The translations under genes and the position numbers were made by a program. This document shows, in pieces, positions 33,426 through 45,515 of a stretch of 64,000 nt of DNA. This stretch comes from Perkinsus olseni (lineage: Eukaryota): assembly GCA_013115125.1 (NCBI GenBank), contig JABANN010000070.1:1-64000 (forward strand), read 5' to 3'. The notes beneath the pieces are model-generated. The model saw only the letters and a program-made list of their open reading frames with translations. It did not search any database and was not told the DNA's origin. Within the stretch, counting starts at the first letter, position 1. Every line of letters starts with the position of its first letter.

Positions 33426-36229
33426 TCACTCCGAGCCAGCTGCCTTATTCACTACGGCAAGCCATTTTGTCTCGGTCTCAGGCTGCTGATCATCCACAGG
33501 CCGGGTGATAGGTACCTGAGACACATCACATGCTCAATCAACGGGTTCATGGGGCTCTATGAGACCGGGTTTTACATGACAGTAGCGTCCCTGACGTTGA
33601 ATTCTCGTGGAATAGACCGACGGCATCTCGAACGAGTACCTGCGGATGAGTAGTTGCGTTCCCGGTAACACACAACTGCGCTGCGGGAGGCTGGCCTACT
33701 CTTTCTTATCCACGTCCTCTTCTGGGAACGTAATCCTTACTCGGCAAACATGCCTCTCTCGCCATCGGAGGAAAGATTGCGGAACCTGCAGAGGACGCGT
33801 CGCGTCCTCACGAGCACGAGGCGAGAGAGCACGTTTCTCACCATCATCCGCCAGAAGTGGTCTCGCATCAGATCGTTCGAGATCACAAACACTTTTTCAG
33901 CTGCCCGTCCTTCTTTCTCTGCTAGTGCACGGGCTTGCTCCTCACAGCGGATTGCTGCATACATCCAGAACCAATCATCATTGGCACGAGGAGGAACCTG
34001 CCCGGGGACCAGTGAATAACAATCTGGCCAGAACGAGGACCTACTCTGTAAAGCTGGAAGAGGCTAGCCTTATCATCATTTTGCTTTGTCCACTTATCAT
34101 CGTACCTGTTGTGCAGGGGCTGTCACGATCAAAGCTCGGCCATGGTCGGAATGATGGCCAGGACTTGACTTACTTCTTGATGAGCTCATCGAACTTGGTC
34201 CTCTTCTCATCGCTTAGTTCCTCAATGTCGTCTTCGTCGCTGGTGTGAGAACTCTGAGGCTTGGAAGAAGCCGATTCGTCAGCACTGTCAGGGATGGACC
34301 CATTGGCTGGTGCGGACGACGATGTCAGCTCGGGGTCCAGCTCAGGGGCGAAGCTACCTGGATCGACGCAGCAGTTTGATACACCAGAACCCTAGTGGCT
34401 CGGACACGGGCCGAAAACGGAACCGAATAATCCTCGACCGACCGCGTTGACGTGTGGTGGAACTTCAGAATTTCACCGACAGTCTGGCCGAGTGGTCTAA
34501 GGCGGTGGCTTTAGGCGCCATTCCGAAAGGGCGTGGGTTCGAACCCCACGGCTGTCACTTCTTCTTGCGATCTTTTTCCGACAGACAGCGACAGAGTAGT
34601 CGAGATACCATGTTGATCATCCCCGCTTCAGAGCCCACCATCAAGCCTAGCGAGCTTCTGCTTCTGCTTGCTTGCAATTTTCCGTCTTTTCTTGGCAAGG
34701 GGGCCCGTACCGACAGTCAAGTCGAGGCCCTGCTCCAGCCATTTGCTGTGCAAGATAACCAGAACCTTGTAAGGGTTGATGATACGAACATGATACGAAC
34801 AAAGCGCGTATCAAAAGGCTTGGCAGCTCCACCTTCTTTCCTTCATTTGTGAAATGCTCCACAACATCATCTATCTGCGAGTGCTGGAAAAAACCATCCG
34901 TGTAATTCTGGTTCATGTGCCCAATATTAGCTGCATCAACGATGATGGTTGCGGGTGTCGACTGCGAATCTAACGGTCGGGACGAGCATTTAGTTCGCCT
35001 GAATAACTAGCCGCTCCGAAATGAAGCCGACCTAAGTAATCCTTCAAGTCGAGGAATTTCTGTTGCTGTTCTTCTGATAAGTCTTGCGTCGCCAGTCTCT
35101 CAGTTAGGTCCGAAAGCTCGTGCAGCTCCTCGTCTGTGATATCAATCGACCGCAGCTTGATGCCAGTCGCGGAGCATGCTCCCTCTGCGGAGATCTCCGT
35201 GGGGAGAACTTCTACGCCCGAATCCCGCTGGCCCATGGTTTTAATAGCATCCGTCAATCTCGAATCTGTGACGGCATCTATGGTGTTAGCAACTTTATCG
35301 GCGAGGAAGTCGAAACCTACAAGCAGCGATGTATGACCGACGGACGTGTTATCTCGCCGCGGTTACTTTCGCCCGCAGGACAACACCGAAGGAGGTAGGA
35401 CAACTCTGCTTCACCGAGAGTGAATCCTCGGCTCTCTAGGTCTGCGACCAGCTTCATAGCCGCCTGAGCAGGCGAGGTGGACAGCAGATACTTATGGACC
35501 GAATCCAATCTCACATCGAAATCCTGGTACTGTGGTGAGGAATACAACTGCATGAGAGGAGCATAACTTCTTAACCGAGGTTGGAAGTTGCTCAGGCCTA
35601 ATAGAGCGGATAAGGATGGCAGACAGATGAACACTCACATTCCTTGTGGTACTGGAGGGCCAGATCGATCTCCCCAGCTGCGACGGCCAACTTCACCATG
35701 CCAGTGAGGATGTTCTCTTGCCGCTGCGAGCCTGCGGATAGACAGTAGCCAGGCGCTGCTGTAAGAAGGTGCCCTTACACTTATCCAGGACCTGCTGTGC
35801 AAGTTTGAGGATCTTTCGGGCTGTTTCGATGTCCTTGGCGGGGCATCCTGCCTCCAGATTAACATCACTAGCAGCAACGGTGAGGATACGGGCATGCATC
35901 TGAAGGAACGCACTACTACGACTAGATCTCCCGTCAGCGGCACGGATGTGAGCCACATGCGGGTGGCCAGCGGCGGAACCATCCTCCAGTTCGTGGTTGT
36001 CCTCACCCCCTTGGTCAGGCCTGCCTCCACAAAATCTTCATTTGAGATGATCTCCTCGTAAGTCTTGAATGCCCCCAAGATATCATGCCCCCGAGCTGAC
36101 GTGTACCTGCAGATGATCGGCGGGTGGTGGTGGACACTCGCCGCTGCTGCTGACGACGCACATTTTGGTTTGAATGGCCTTCAACTGCTTCTTTAAGGCG
36201 ACCTCCTTGGTGTTCTTCTGATGGGGCAT
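33426..36229 (-). CDS. PRORP: Protein-only RNase P (helical repeats + NYN nuclease); multi-exon, start uncertain
   Basis: IIVDAANIGHMNQN, VLVILHSKW, ANDDWFWMYAA, VISNDLMRDHFW, FLRWRERH, YSTRIQ, C-terminal WLAV. Basic AKKRRK insertion resembles an NLS. Confidence 0.88.
34478..34557 (+). tRNA. tRNA-Leu(TAG)
   Basis: Acceptor GACAGTC/GGCTGTC, anticodon loop TTTAGGC, variable arm, T-loop TTCGAAC, downstream T5 run. Confidence 0.96.
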
Positions 36230-36410
36230 TGGGGAGGGCAGGGCTACTTGAAACAACTGCAGATTCCTGCCGCTGCTCATCACAACCAAACTCAACATGC
36301 CACACTCGACAGCGGCGGAAAACACTGACCCAAGGTCAGCAGGTTGGAGATTCCCAACGCTCCTTCCACAGCCACGTGGGTGCCGTGATGGCGCCTGTAG
36401 ATGAGAACGG

Positions 36411-37522
36411 CTACACCCTTGGTGGCGACGTGGCATCCAGGAGACACTCCGTCCCAACTTCTGCACTCTTCTTTACATCAACAACCTTGCTGAAGTACTG
36501 AGTCCCCAGTAGACTGTCCTGAACACAAATGGATGATAACGAGGAGTAGTCGAGGGCACCACCACCACCACCTCGCCGCTCGTAAGGTAAACGTTATTGG
36601 CACTCCGAAAAAAGGCTATGTGGTCTGCAGCGGCCTTCCTAGCATCGATGTATACCTAATGTTGATCCATGACCGATACAGAATCGCCATGGCATCTACA
36701 TAGATCTCCGCGGACTTCCTCAGCCCACTGACGATGCCTGTGAGAGTAGCCGAGGCGTCCACCAAATGGATGTGCTGTCGCTGAGAGGAAGCAAGCACTG
36801 GCGAGACACAAATCCGGCCCTTCTCATCCGCGAAGACCGAGACAAGCCGGCCGAGGCTGCAGCGCCGCTGATCTAGGAGGACCGCCAGACCCGTGATGAG
36901 GCTAACACCGACCTTGTTGTACCGCTATTCTACTGTTAGCTTACGTTCATTGGCCTGAGGCCTTCACTAGCGAGGATGGCTTTCCAGTGGTTGAAGTATG
37001 TACCATGGACAAGCATTGGGGGGAGGGAAGGTGCATCCACGGGGGTCCTGTTAGAGAGCATGACGCCTAGCCGATAAGGCCAAGGTGGTACATGATGAGG
37101 GTGGGGTCTACGACAGTCGGGGGGAAGGAGTGCCCCTGTGTTGCCCGAATGAGGAGGTCACCATTGGGGGCCGTCGTCAGGGCAAAACTGATGGTCCGAG
37201 GAGTTTTGGGGAGGGAGCCATCGGGGCCATGTACCGTTGTTTAGCGTTGCTTGCAACACATTCCTTAATATCATCCTGAGTTGCCCTGAGGCTTTTGAAC
37301 CGTGGATGGGCTAGGAGGTCCTGTACTCTAACATAACCAGCCTTGTCGATGCTGATGCCCATGTCCACAGCCTTGTGACGCAGTACCTGAGCAAAGGTTG
37401 GGAGAAGTTGAGGGGCGGAATGAGGTGAAGACCTTAGACAGTAACCGTGATATGGCCTCGCTGGAACTCATCTCTCGTCGTTGTTGTCGTCTGCGGTGGT
37501 CGGGTGTCCGAGTGGAGCTCAT
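36411..37522 (-). CDS. TPT1: tRNA 2'-phosphotransferase (Tpt1/KptA); multi-exon
   Basis: SRLLSK-VLRH, SNAKQR, IRATQGHS, LVHGTY, RQHIHL, SGLRKS, YIDA, FFRSANNVYLT. Confidence 0.92.
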
Positions 37523-37605
37523 GGCCGCCGAAGAAGCCCCTACTTGGGGAAGAGCACTCGGACCACGACCCATCAACTCAACAGCTCACATCAATGGAGG
37601 AACAT

Positions 37606-38705
37606 TCACGAGGTTTTCTGCCTGTCTCCAGCGACCTTCCTCTCGGTGGTCGTCACCCCGGCAGCCCTCATCTGCTGCCTCCGCTGAGCTATCATGTACT
37701 CGTAGAGGGCCGTGTTGTCCCGCTCGATGTTGGACACGGACTGGAGGAGCCCCGCAGCGCACGCTAGGATGGCACCGTACCTGTAGCAGCAGGCAGGACG
37801 TGGCGGGAGGGACGGCCATCAAGGAACAGCGAGGAGCGGTGATTTAGAAGGATGAATAGCAGGGTTTGAAGCAGAGGACTTACGGCAGGAGGGGGATGAG
37901 TTCTAGTTGGAACCACGCTGCAACGAAGAGGTAGCTGACGGAGGCCAGGGCTATGATACAGGCAATCTTCGATATGGGGTAAAGCCATACCGGAGGGCCT
38001 ACAGGGCCTGCCCTCTCACGGATGTAGGGCTCCACCTGAGGGGGCATGTGGGGAAGAAGGGGGGGATGCGTGGTACTCACAATAAGCATGAAGCCGAAGA
38101 GAGCTCCCATTGATGTGGCGATGCTTCGGTTGAAGAACGACCAATCGGCTACTATACCCCAGTACCGATACAGATGGTTGATCTTGGAATCTAGTAGAGG
38201 GGAGCAGGACAGCATCGAGATCGGTAGATGGCACCACCTGAGGACAATCCATCAACTATCATCACGCATGTACTATTGTAGTCAGCGAACAACTTCTTGG
38301 ACGCTACGACTCCCGAGCTCTACTCCAAGGCCACATCCTATGTCGAGGAAACCTGCAGCCTAAGGCAGGCAGCGTCGGACTACAGTCACCACAACAACAA
38401 CCATCATCATGCATCACGAGAGAACGTAGGAAAACAAGCGAACAGATCTGTTCTCTATTCCAATGCTTTCCATCTCGTGGAAGATGTTGACTAGAAAATA
38501 CGGTAAGTCACCTGTTGCCCGCTGCCTCCTCTCGGTGGCCCATGACCTCCACTATCTCAGTCAGGAGGCACCAGAGTAGCCCACAGCCGGCCATGAGGGT
38601 CTGCCTCCTACGGTCAGTGCATCTACTCCTAGGGCCAGTAAAGCACCAAAGGAGGACTGCCACTTGGATGGCAGCCAAGCTGATGTAGACGAGGAGGTGT
38701 AGCAT
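37606..38705 (-). CDS. Hypothetical multi-pass membrane protein; ends approximate
   Basis: Several hydrophobic exons (MLHLLVYISLAAIQVAVLLW, IACIIALASVSYLFVAAWF). Confidence 0.4.
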
Positions 38706-38936
38706 TACCGCAACGGCTGAACACTGATTACAACCATCATCATGATAACGATGAGAAGGTGACGCCGGCCTAGCAGGCCTTTCCTAATGTCACACCAACG
38801 CAGAGGTTATCACCCTTAACACGGGCCTCCAGTACGCTCGTTCGGAATCACCATCCCACTGCTCAACGCAACCCAAAGAGGGCCCCTCCTGGAGGGGTAC
38901 GAAACACATGGCGTAGAAACATAACACATCCTCATC

Positions 38937-40855
38937 ATCACGGCAGCACTGATGGCTTCTGTTCTGTTGTCCTCCCTTTCTCTACACTACTGCTCACGTC
39001 CTGATCCTCGTAGTAGACACCCTGATAAGGCACAGTAGTCGTTAGACCCTACGGCGCTCCATACCCACCCCGGTAGGCTGCTGCTCCCCTTCCGTGCCAC
39101 CACCAGCGCTATCAGCCTCATCGGCCAGGCCCCCTTGGAAGGACTCTGCCTCTTCACACAGTAGACTACCCCGTGCATGGAGTGTATCCAGCTGGTCGGC
39201 TATGACAGCAGGGACCTAAGTACAACCAAAGGGCCTTCGATGATGGTACAGGGCTCAAGCACTGACCTCCTCATGCATGGCCAGGCCTCCCGGTATCTCC
39301 TTATAAAACAGGTCTTCCCTTTTAGCACTCATGATAGCCTCTCTAACGTCATCAACAGTCGCCCTGTCGGCTGGGGTGAGGGCTATGGTGGGGAGGAGGT
39401 AAGTCAGTGGAGGGCAATGCATCATAGCTGTGGAGGCAGCAGTATTCCATCGCTCATCCGCAGCCTCTGCAGAAGACCCCGTCTATAGGTCCGTAGCTAG
39501 AGACACTCACTGTCCTCTTCCTCCAGCTTCTTGCTCCACTTTGGCACCTTCATACTCAACAGCATATCGTCCTCGTCATCAGTATCCGCCAGGGCAGCCT
39601 CCGCGGCACCTGAAGGGGGCGTAGAAGCGGCGTGCCCCCACCCTCCTTACGCATCTCTTGGCTTTCCTTGTGGACCTCGCCAACTGACCCTTCCCACTGC
39701 AGCCGAGTGCCCTGCATAATCTCCCTCATAAACATGACAGTGTCCTTAACAGGGTCAGTCCTGCCCACTATCATTGCCGTATCCAGCTGGTAAGGCCTAT
39801 GCCTTCGTAGTATCACCTACCAGTACCACGATGGTCTATCACAACATCCCTGACTACTACCCTCTTCTGGAATATGAGTTGGGGCGTGAGGGAGTTGGGA
39901 TCCATCTGCCTCTTCATGATCCTCTTCACCATCCCCTTCCCACTATAAACCCTCGATAAACGGAACCACGTGGCGAGCATTTCAGGCAATCTGTTCTCTA
40001 TGTACTGCTGCCGCCGCGCCAGAGCCTTTGGCTTGCCCTCCCCGATCCATCTGCAGTGAACCTCTCCGCCATGAGCATGCTTGCACGGAAGATACTACCT
40101 GCGCAAATATGCAAGCCAAGTTGGCGACGTCGCCACCACGTGCGCTATCCTTTGTTTCCTCTCATCCTCCAACTCCCTCAAAGCCCGCAATACATAGACC
40201 GTAGCCTGTCCTCCAGCTACGACCAAATAGAACGGCCGAGGACGCGCGCTAAAGTGATCAAGAACCTGCTACTCAGGTGTGGCACTCCTGGGCATCATCT
40301 CCAACCTGGTAGGCATAGTGAGTGTAGGTGCTAACGAGCGTGCCTTGGAAGACGTCCTCGAGCATGGCCCAGTTGGCAAAACCATCCTTCAATGCAAAGC
40401 CTGGCCAGTCCACGATGGCCGAAGTATGGCCTGAATCGATCAACAGGATACACGACGGGGAGAGGCCCTAGACACACGGTACCCAGCTCCGCCAAATGCT
40501 TAGCTACTGTACGCCACTCCTCGCGGCTGCTCACCAACGAGAATGATGGGAAGAAGACAAACCGTGGCTGAGGGGCCGACCTGACAGCCATGGTAACAGC
40601 TGAGGGGTCGTCCTACCACCCTACTACCTCCGGGACTTGAAGCCGACATGGTCGTCTGTCGGTGTGACGAGGGCATACTCGTACCTGAGGGGCAGAACAT
40701 TTCCATAGCGACGAGTACTGAGGTAGTGACCTATTAAAATCCTGGGTCTTGTGGTGCCAGCGCATGACGCCTGTAGTGAAGGAAGGACCCGAGGATGAGG
40801 AGGAGGAGGAGGAGAACCCTCGCCGTGCACTAGTCATCACGCGTGTGGGGAACAT
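38937..40855 (-). CDS. Alpha/beta-hydrolase-fold protein with possible mitochondrial presequence; end approximate
   Basis: FVFFPSFSLVSSREEWRTVA and IVDWPGF motifs; Arg/Ser-rich N-terminus. Confidence 0.5.
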
Positions 40856-41039
40856 GAGTGGCGGCAGGCGGCGGCAGATGCAAGGGGGAGTCATGACAAG
40901 AAAATCCTGGAGAAGAAGAGGACCCGATGATTCCTCTGCCCCTTGGGCTGCATACATGTATCAACACGGGCAGTCCTTGGACAGTTTGTGTTCTACCGTG
41001 GACCTCCTCCGGAGCCTCAACACTCAACAGCACCTACGG

Positions 41040-42447
41040 CTAGAGAAACATCTTCTTAAGCCGGGGTCGGGGAGGGCATCCCCCCTGTGATGGCTTATTA
41101 CGTACATCAGGACCAAAGACAGTGACCCGATGCCCATGACCGCCCTCTGATGATGGCGATCCAACTCTGAGTTCAAATGTACACACTGACTTTGGCAGAA
41201 GCCGATATCTGAGCAACAGCAGGATGGTGTTGACGAAGAGAATAGCAAGCCCGCCGTGCACCGTCACTGCGCCACGAAATTGGGGAGAGCTACAATACTG
41301 CGGAGTCTTAGTACCTCCCATCATCATGGTCCATAACCACAAGGCTGTTCTGATTCTCCATTACAACCGTACCAGCCAGTCCTATCATGTACTTGTCCGT
41401 GCAGTCGATCACCTCCACTACAGCTCCCAGCCAGGATGCTTGCCGCAGCTGCCTCATGTCAAGACGCCCTCCTTCCATGACGCAAGTCTTGTTAATATAC
41501 GCTAACCAAAGCTCCCTCAGGTCAGAGGCCGCCGACAAGCGACGCTGCCTCTCCTTGTCGTCTGAGGAAGCAAACCGTGCAACACCGGCGTGGTCACGTG
41601 GCCCCTTGCGGGCGAAATATTCCTCCCGTAGAACAACATTACCAAATCCCAACCAGCTGAGCCATAAGCGCGGGAAATTTCTCACTGAGTGAGTTTCTCG
41701 AGGCACTCCAGCTTCGAAAAGTGGAGGGGATGCCGAAATCGCGTGCAAGCCCTTACTTGCAGGCTTCCCTCCGTGTTTTCTATCATCGATACCCCTCAGC
41801 TTGGTGGCCCTCCTGCTAAGCATTGGCCCAATATCTTCTTGTCTGGGTCGAGGGACCTTAGCCATACCAGCATCTAATGGTACTGGCTTCGTGGCTATCT
41901 GCCGGTTATACCTTCCCACGACAAATACCACACCACGCCCAACTCAGCAACAACAGCCTCACTGATCTCGAATCTTGGTGAAGGCCGTATCCTCATCCTT
42001 CAACCCGGCATAGACCCCCGCCCACTTCATTATCCTCGGAACTGCTACCTCTGGGTTGAAGTCTGCCAAGAAAGGCATGGACTTCTTCTCCTGCTCCGGC
42101 CCTCCCCTCACCCATTAGCCTATCACCATCCACTGTAGAATAGATGAGGTCCTGCGCCGGTGGGCCGTCTTGGAGGGATGCTCGATCCTCCGGCCGCACC
42201 GACGACGTTGAAGGCGAACTCGCTGCTGCAGAGGAGGTTTTCCTGACCCACACCGTTCCCTCTCACCCACGGCATTCCGTGCTGCTAAGCTACGACCAGT
42301 ACGCTACCTTGCATTCGCCCCACCCTTGCGCTTCTTCCCCTTGGCTTTGTTGGCTCTCTTCGGCTGAACCTTCCTACCACCACCACCGCCGCCCCCGCCG
42401 AAGACTGAGTCCAGGAAGGACTCGACAGCCGCTGAACGACCGGACAT
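41040..42447 (-). CDS. POP4: RNase P/MRP subunit p29; multi-exon
   Basis: ELWLAY, ASWLGAVVEV...IGLAGTVVMENQNSL, LLPKSVCTF, VTVFG. Confidence 0.75.
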
Positions 42448-42581
42448 GGACAGCACCAAAGGGACTACTGAAAGGAAATGATCGAGGCCCAGCAACCAAA
42501 TCTTCTGGATAGATCATAAAATAGTCGGCACCGAAGCCTACTGCTGTTGTTTTATTAGAAAGCTAGTGCAATCATGGACAA

Positions 42582-45042
42582 TCAAGGCTGCTGCTGCTGA
42601 TGACGCTGGACGAGCCTACCAACCACGGGTAGTTCATGCTCCCTATCATACGTGTCGAGGAACCAGCGTAGGATACCACGATAAGAGGGCCTCAGCAGAT
42701 GGTGATGCTCGTGCCCCTGCTGCTGCTCGATGTCCGCAGCGGCAGCAGCAGTAGAGACCCTCGACGCCTCAGCCTCACTACTATCCCCATAGTCGGATTG
42801 GTATTCCTCTGATGACAACTCTGACTCAGAGTACAGGGATGCCGAGCTAGGCGGCAAGTCCCGAGGTAGGCAGGGAGGCCGTAGAGAACTCTTGATCGGA
42901 GGTATCGGAGCTGCAGGCAGCCTACTCAGAACAGCGAGTCTCAATACTGCCGACAAGCGGTCATTGTGCGGTCTTCTTACACGTTGTTCTGGCATGCTGT
43001 TGTGCGTGTCTCCTCAGCATCGAAGGCATAGGTAAGGGTTCCAACACCGCATGCCGCCAGTACTAACAAAACCCTCCGTAGGGCCGGCCCGATGGTCAGC
43101 CTTTGTAACACTATATGAAGGGCATGCGACAGGACGAACATCGCTATCTCGCGCCTGACAACAAGTGCCTGGAGTGCGGGCCGCCCAGGCCCGCGTACCT
43201 CCGCTGTGGCTTTTCTAATAAGATGGCTGGTCCAGCGAGCATACCACCTATCAATGGGCCGTGCTTCGAGTTGAGTGCCTCTGGGGAGATCAGGTTGGAG
43301 CCCGCGCAAACGATGAGGTGCAGTAGGCCGACTTGCCTACAACAGGAGACCTAGCTACAGCAGCAGTCTGGGTAGTTGCTGCTACGCTGTCATGAAGAGG
43401 GAAGACTGGCCGACGTTCATGACGAAGCGTCTGGCGGCTTTGGGCAGATTGCGCTCGCCTTTGATGAGGGCGATGATCAGGGTTGCTAGGTAGAGTTTGG
43501 CGTAGAGTGGTACGTTGAGCCTCGTGAAGGAGTTAATGGAGAAGTGCAGGAGGCTCGGGACGCCTATCAACAAGATCGGGCATCACAGCAAGCATCACAG
43601 GCAAGCCCTACAGCCCTCAACTCCACTGTAATGATGCAACCCACAGAGAGGGACATTATCATAACGAGCCTTCACTCGAGGAGGGAGCTCTCCCGGGCCA
43701 CCGAGTCTGAGGTTTGAGGAACTACAGGGGGCGGGGGGGATGTCAGGGATGTCGCCTCTCCTGAACTACAGGCGCGCTCTCAAGGTGGGATTAGAGGTGC
43801 AGAAGACGATCCCGAGTGCGAAACTCAGGAGAGGCAGCAGGGTATTGAGCAGCCGGTGCGGACTGGTACTAACCTGGTGAAGAATGCCTCTAGCCTGTCC
43901 CTCTCCACCATAGTCTGGATGCCGGCGAACCTCCTGTATTTGGGGTCCATAGTCTGTGGATGGCGGATGCAGGCATCCACCACAATACCATCACCAACCA
44001 TCATCGCCGCCAACTAAGAGCCGCATGACCTCTGATGACGGTATCAAAAGCGAGCCTCCGCTACTACCGAAGCTGCCGCCGCTGGACTGCCCAGACAAAT
44101 CCTATCAACAACGGCCTGCAGCCTAGGAGGCAGGTTGGCATACCCCAGCACAGTGAGGACCTCACAGGCTCGGCAAATGACGAATAGAGCAACGGAATAG
44201 CGACCGCTGCGTTCGGCCAGGGGTAAGGCGCACATGGTGGATACGAAACCTCGGAAGAATGGTGACGATAGAGGAGGGGAGCCGGAAACACTCCCTGATG
44301 GAGAAGGGCGGGCTCGAGCTACCATGCCATTGTACAGTGCCTGATACCGACAGTGCCAACACTGCGAGTAGCTGGAATTGTGGTATAGCAGAGGGTTGGA
44401 AATGACGAAAACTGATACGGGGTTTGTTTCCGTCGTGGCGGGGTCGAACCCCCGCCCTACACTGCCCTCCACCCTATTACCATGAAGACTCCCACTGCCA
44501 GAGCATTCCGAGCATGGGCTGGTAATGTCCGTAGAATCTGAGTCAGCCTGACGACCTTCCTCTTCTTCCTCCCCATTAACAAGGACATCATGGATATGAT
44601 AGCAAGGCCCGTAGTAGTAAGACAGACTGTGCCTTCCAAGAAGCTCCTCAGGGCGACTACTGTCGGCTTGCCCCGAGAGGCCCTGCAACAAAAGGTACGT
44701 CATGAGGTACGGCATCAGCTGTTAGACTAACCAAGCCCATAACGTCCCCGACGGACCTCCTTATGCAGCGAGGACTACAGACCAACGGGCGCGACCGCCA
44801 GTAGGATTGAGGGGAGGACAACAACCGTACGAGATCTCATAGTCGTGCGACATAAAGCCGGACGAAGCTAACACCCCACACTACCTATGGACGTCTTTCA
44901 ACCTATGCTCCTCCTCCTTTTCTCTGTCCACATGCTTACGATGAAGGTAGAGTGCTGACTGTATTCTCGATAGCACCTGTAGATCCGCCCCTACCACCTG
45001 GCCGAGAGGCGTGAGCTCCGATGATGACAGGAGAGTATCCAT
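42582..45042 (-). CDS. TMEM135-like membrane protein; multi-exon, start approximate
   Basis: RYSVALFVICRA, SFTRLNVPLYAKLYL, SSLFMT, EIAMFVLSHAL patterns. Confidence 0.6.
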
Positions 45043-45515
45043 TCCCGACCCCAACTGCTGCCATCACAACATCGGCCGTATTAGGGCGATTTCACCCATC
45101 TCCCGTAACCCCACCCCAACGCAACCTTTCCGTCCAGTCTCATACTAAATCACCGTCACTTTCAAGACAACGCCGGAAGGGAATAATCGTTCGCAAAAAT
45201 AAGTGTAGACAGTCTGCCCCGGCAATTCCACAGAATCGTGCTGGGTCCTTTGCCAACGGCAGGGAGCAATCAAACGCCAGGGCATGTGTGCCCAGCGGCC
45301 GGTTTTCGGCCTCCTCGACACGGGCAAGTTCCCCTAAGATGGGCCTTCTCCTCGCCGTCCACTGGGCAGCATTTCGATCGCAGTGTGGATATAAAGGCTC
45401 GTATGAGGGTAAAATTCTCAGACCCTTCTGTGAGGTTGAGTAGAACCTTTGATGGGCTCGGTATCTGAGCATCCGGGGTTGAATAGGGTCGTATCCAAGA
45501 TACGCTCGGGGGACC

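Noticed and set aside
33460-33473. Spliced-leader relic (AGCCATTTTGTCTC)
   Set aside because: Partial match lying antisense within PRORP coding sequence; chance is likely.
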